Source: a candidate division FCPU426 bacterium (GTDB lineage Bacteria > Oederibacteriota > JAAXVQ01 > JAUVAV01). From it: 64,000 nucleotides of DNA. The translations under genes and the position numbers were made by a program. Where the stretch lies: positions 33,631 through 97,630 of the forward strand of contig DAOWGI010000092.1 in assembly GCA_030637655.1 (NCBI GenBank), read 5' to 3'. Each line of letters begins with the position of its first letter. The stretch's first letter is position 1. The notes below the pieces were generated by a model. The model made no database searches and had not been told where the DNA came from. It saw only the letters and a program-made list of their open reading frames with translations. Shown in pieces: positions 62,518 through 64,000 of the stretch.

Positions 62518-62675
62518 ATGTACGTCCCGTTTTCACACTAAAGAGACATGATTGATCTTTCGTCCAATTTGTAATACAATTGCATTTTAGACGATTACTT
62601 TATTTTTGGACTTCCCCCAAATAATACTTAATTTAATATGGAGGTGTGTCCACAATATCGGGGGAAGGTCACATA

Positions 62676-63623
62676 TTACATATAAAAAGACAAGCATAAG
62701 CATATCATTGACCCTAATATTGTAGCTACAATAACAGCACAACCAGACTGCGCCTGTTTCTTCGATTGTTTTGCTTCGATCCGAATAACTTGCGCACGCT
62801 CAGAACGCGATGATTCTCCGTCAAATTTCCACTCCGGAATAAAATCTCCCACAACATAACTATTTGTTTTTTTCACTACAGGTTTAATTCCAACAGCAAC
62901 TTCCTTATACTCTCTTCCCACTTCCTTGTATTCGGTTTTGTATTCCCAATTAGGATCGCTTTTCGGAGAAATTGTTTCTGGTATTTTTGCCAATGTTTCC
63001 ATAATTCTGTTTCGATTGAGTACTGGACATAGTTCATTTTCATTTAATGCAATTTCTAATTCGTGTTTTATTTTTCCTTTATCAAAATACCATATTCCAG
63101 CATTATCAAGTTCACCATATTCCAGCCAACCACCACCCCACTCATATATAGGCATATTCATTCTTTTACATCCCCATATATTTGCATCATAATCTGATTC
63201 ACCAAAACAATATTGTTTTGGTTTATATGCTTTAATTCGATTTCTATAGCATCCAACACCATAGTAAGTTAATTCTTTCTTGGAAGCTGACCGATTATTT
63301 ATCAGCATCTTAGAAGATTTCCAAGTTCCAACAAGATCAAATATCGTTACAATTAGCTCGACTTCTGTTATCGGAAGAGAGATAACGTGGCGTATTGATT
63401 TACCTTCTCCTTCAGTTTCAAAAGATGGAATATTCTTACATATCTCTAATGCTCTCGTATAATTCGAAGATGAACTTAGCCCAAAATATATTTTACCATT
63501 GGGGATTTGTGGCATGTCATTTCGTTCAATAGCTTTATCAGCTTCTGTAACTGGATCACCACACTGCGCACAGAATTTCGCACCATCAGTTATACTTGCT
63601 CCACATTTATCACACTCAAGCAT
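62676..63623 (-). CDS. Hypothetical protein with N-terminal zinc ribbon and C-terminal TM anchor
   Basis: CDKCG...FCAQCG; C-terminal hydrophobic GCAVIVATILGSMICLCLSFYM; AGGAGG RBS; visibly AT-richer than core genes. Confidence 0.75.
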   Translation of the reverse strand: MLECDKCGASITDGAKFCAQCGDPVTEADKAIERNDMPQIPNGKIYFGLSSSSNYTRALEICKNIPSFETEGEGKSIRHVISLPITEVELIVTIFDLVGTWKSSKMLINNRSASKKELTYYGVGCYRNRIKAYKPKQYCFGESDYDANIWGCKRMNMPIYEWGGGWLEYGELDNAGIWYFDKGKIKHELEIALNENELCPVLNRNRIMETLAKIPETISPKSDPNWEYKTEYKEVGREYKEVAVGIKPVVKKTNSYVVGDFIPEWKFDGESSRSERAQVIRIEAKQSKKQAQSGCAVIVATILGSMICLCLSFYM

Positions 63624-64000
63624 TTTTACAACCCTCCTTTTTCAATTTTCGAGGAATGGGGACGATGTATCCCTGGCTTTTTTCTGCATCATTTTCTGTA
63701 TAGCCCTTGTTCTTCCTATACATATAATTAAGGGTCCTTTATGCGTCGTTGTTTTATAAATAAATCATATTCAATTTCCCTCTTTCTGCACATCTTGTCA
63801 ATTCAATTGTTGCGCTTTGTGTGCAATTGGCTGCTGTTATGTTATCTCCGTGTTGTCTGCGTTGCTTGCCTTTGCTTTAATTCCCTTAATCCGTATTCAG
63901 AATCTCTTTAATCATTCTTTTCAGTTCCCTCAACTCAAATTGATCAGCGTCAATTATATTTTCCCTCTAACGATAATTAAAATTTCCGGTTTTTAGATGC

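Noticed and set aside
63790-63850. Possible integron attC (ACATAAC on the minus strand after an ORF-like end)
   Set aside because: No matching GTTRRRY end or paired L boxes found, and no integron integrase in the window.
63886-64000. Minus-strand reading frame ending RENIIDADQFELRELKRMIKEILNTD
   Set aside because: Has an in-frame TAG and is cut by the window edge; cannot be assigned.

Overview
Chromosomal region of a diderm bacterium (LptD and a PilQ secretin are present) with Firmicutes/Deltaproteobacteria-like gene order. Every credible gene lies on the minus strand. From right to left: an accessory/defence patch at about 58.5-64 kb, then a secreted GH-like gene, lepA-lepB-hemW, HU, DUF4912, GH57, hrcA-grpE-dnaK-dnaJ, a beta-propeller lipoprotein, rsmE, aroE, a degenerate pilT, a pilin, pilMNOPQ, aroC-aroK, ptb, rlmI, cheA-cheC, a large FtsA-like ATPase, dprA, a putative beta-barrel, topA, an unknown protein, xerC, hslVU, argBDF-(GT2)-argGH, a MalK-type ATPase, lptD and a nucleotide-sugar cluster. 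The accessory patch holds a zinc-ribbon membrane protein, three toxin-antitoxin loci (two with truncated toxins), an IS1182 remnant, a MITE and three group II intron 5' remnants. Intergenic spaces are full of REP-like palindromes and MITEs. The most striking signal is that all three intron 5' ends (TTGCGCCAGGC) follow the same short motif (GGGGACGTTCTC / GGTGACGTTCTT / CGGGACGTACAT), and these motifs mark the borders between accessory TA modules. This suggests a cassette-like array whose boundary sites are targeted by an intron. No rRNA, tRNA or CRISPR array was seen. All calls are from motif recognition by eye; no database searches were run.
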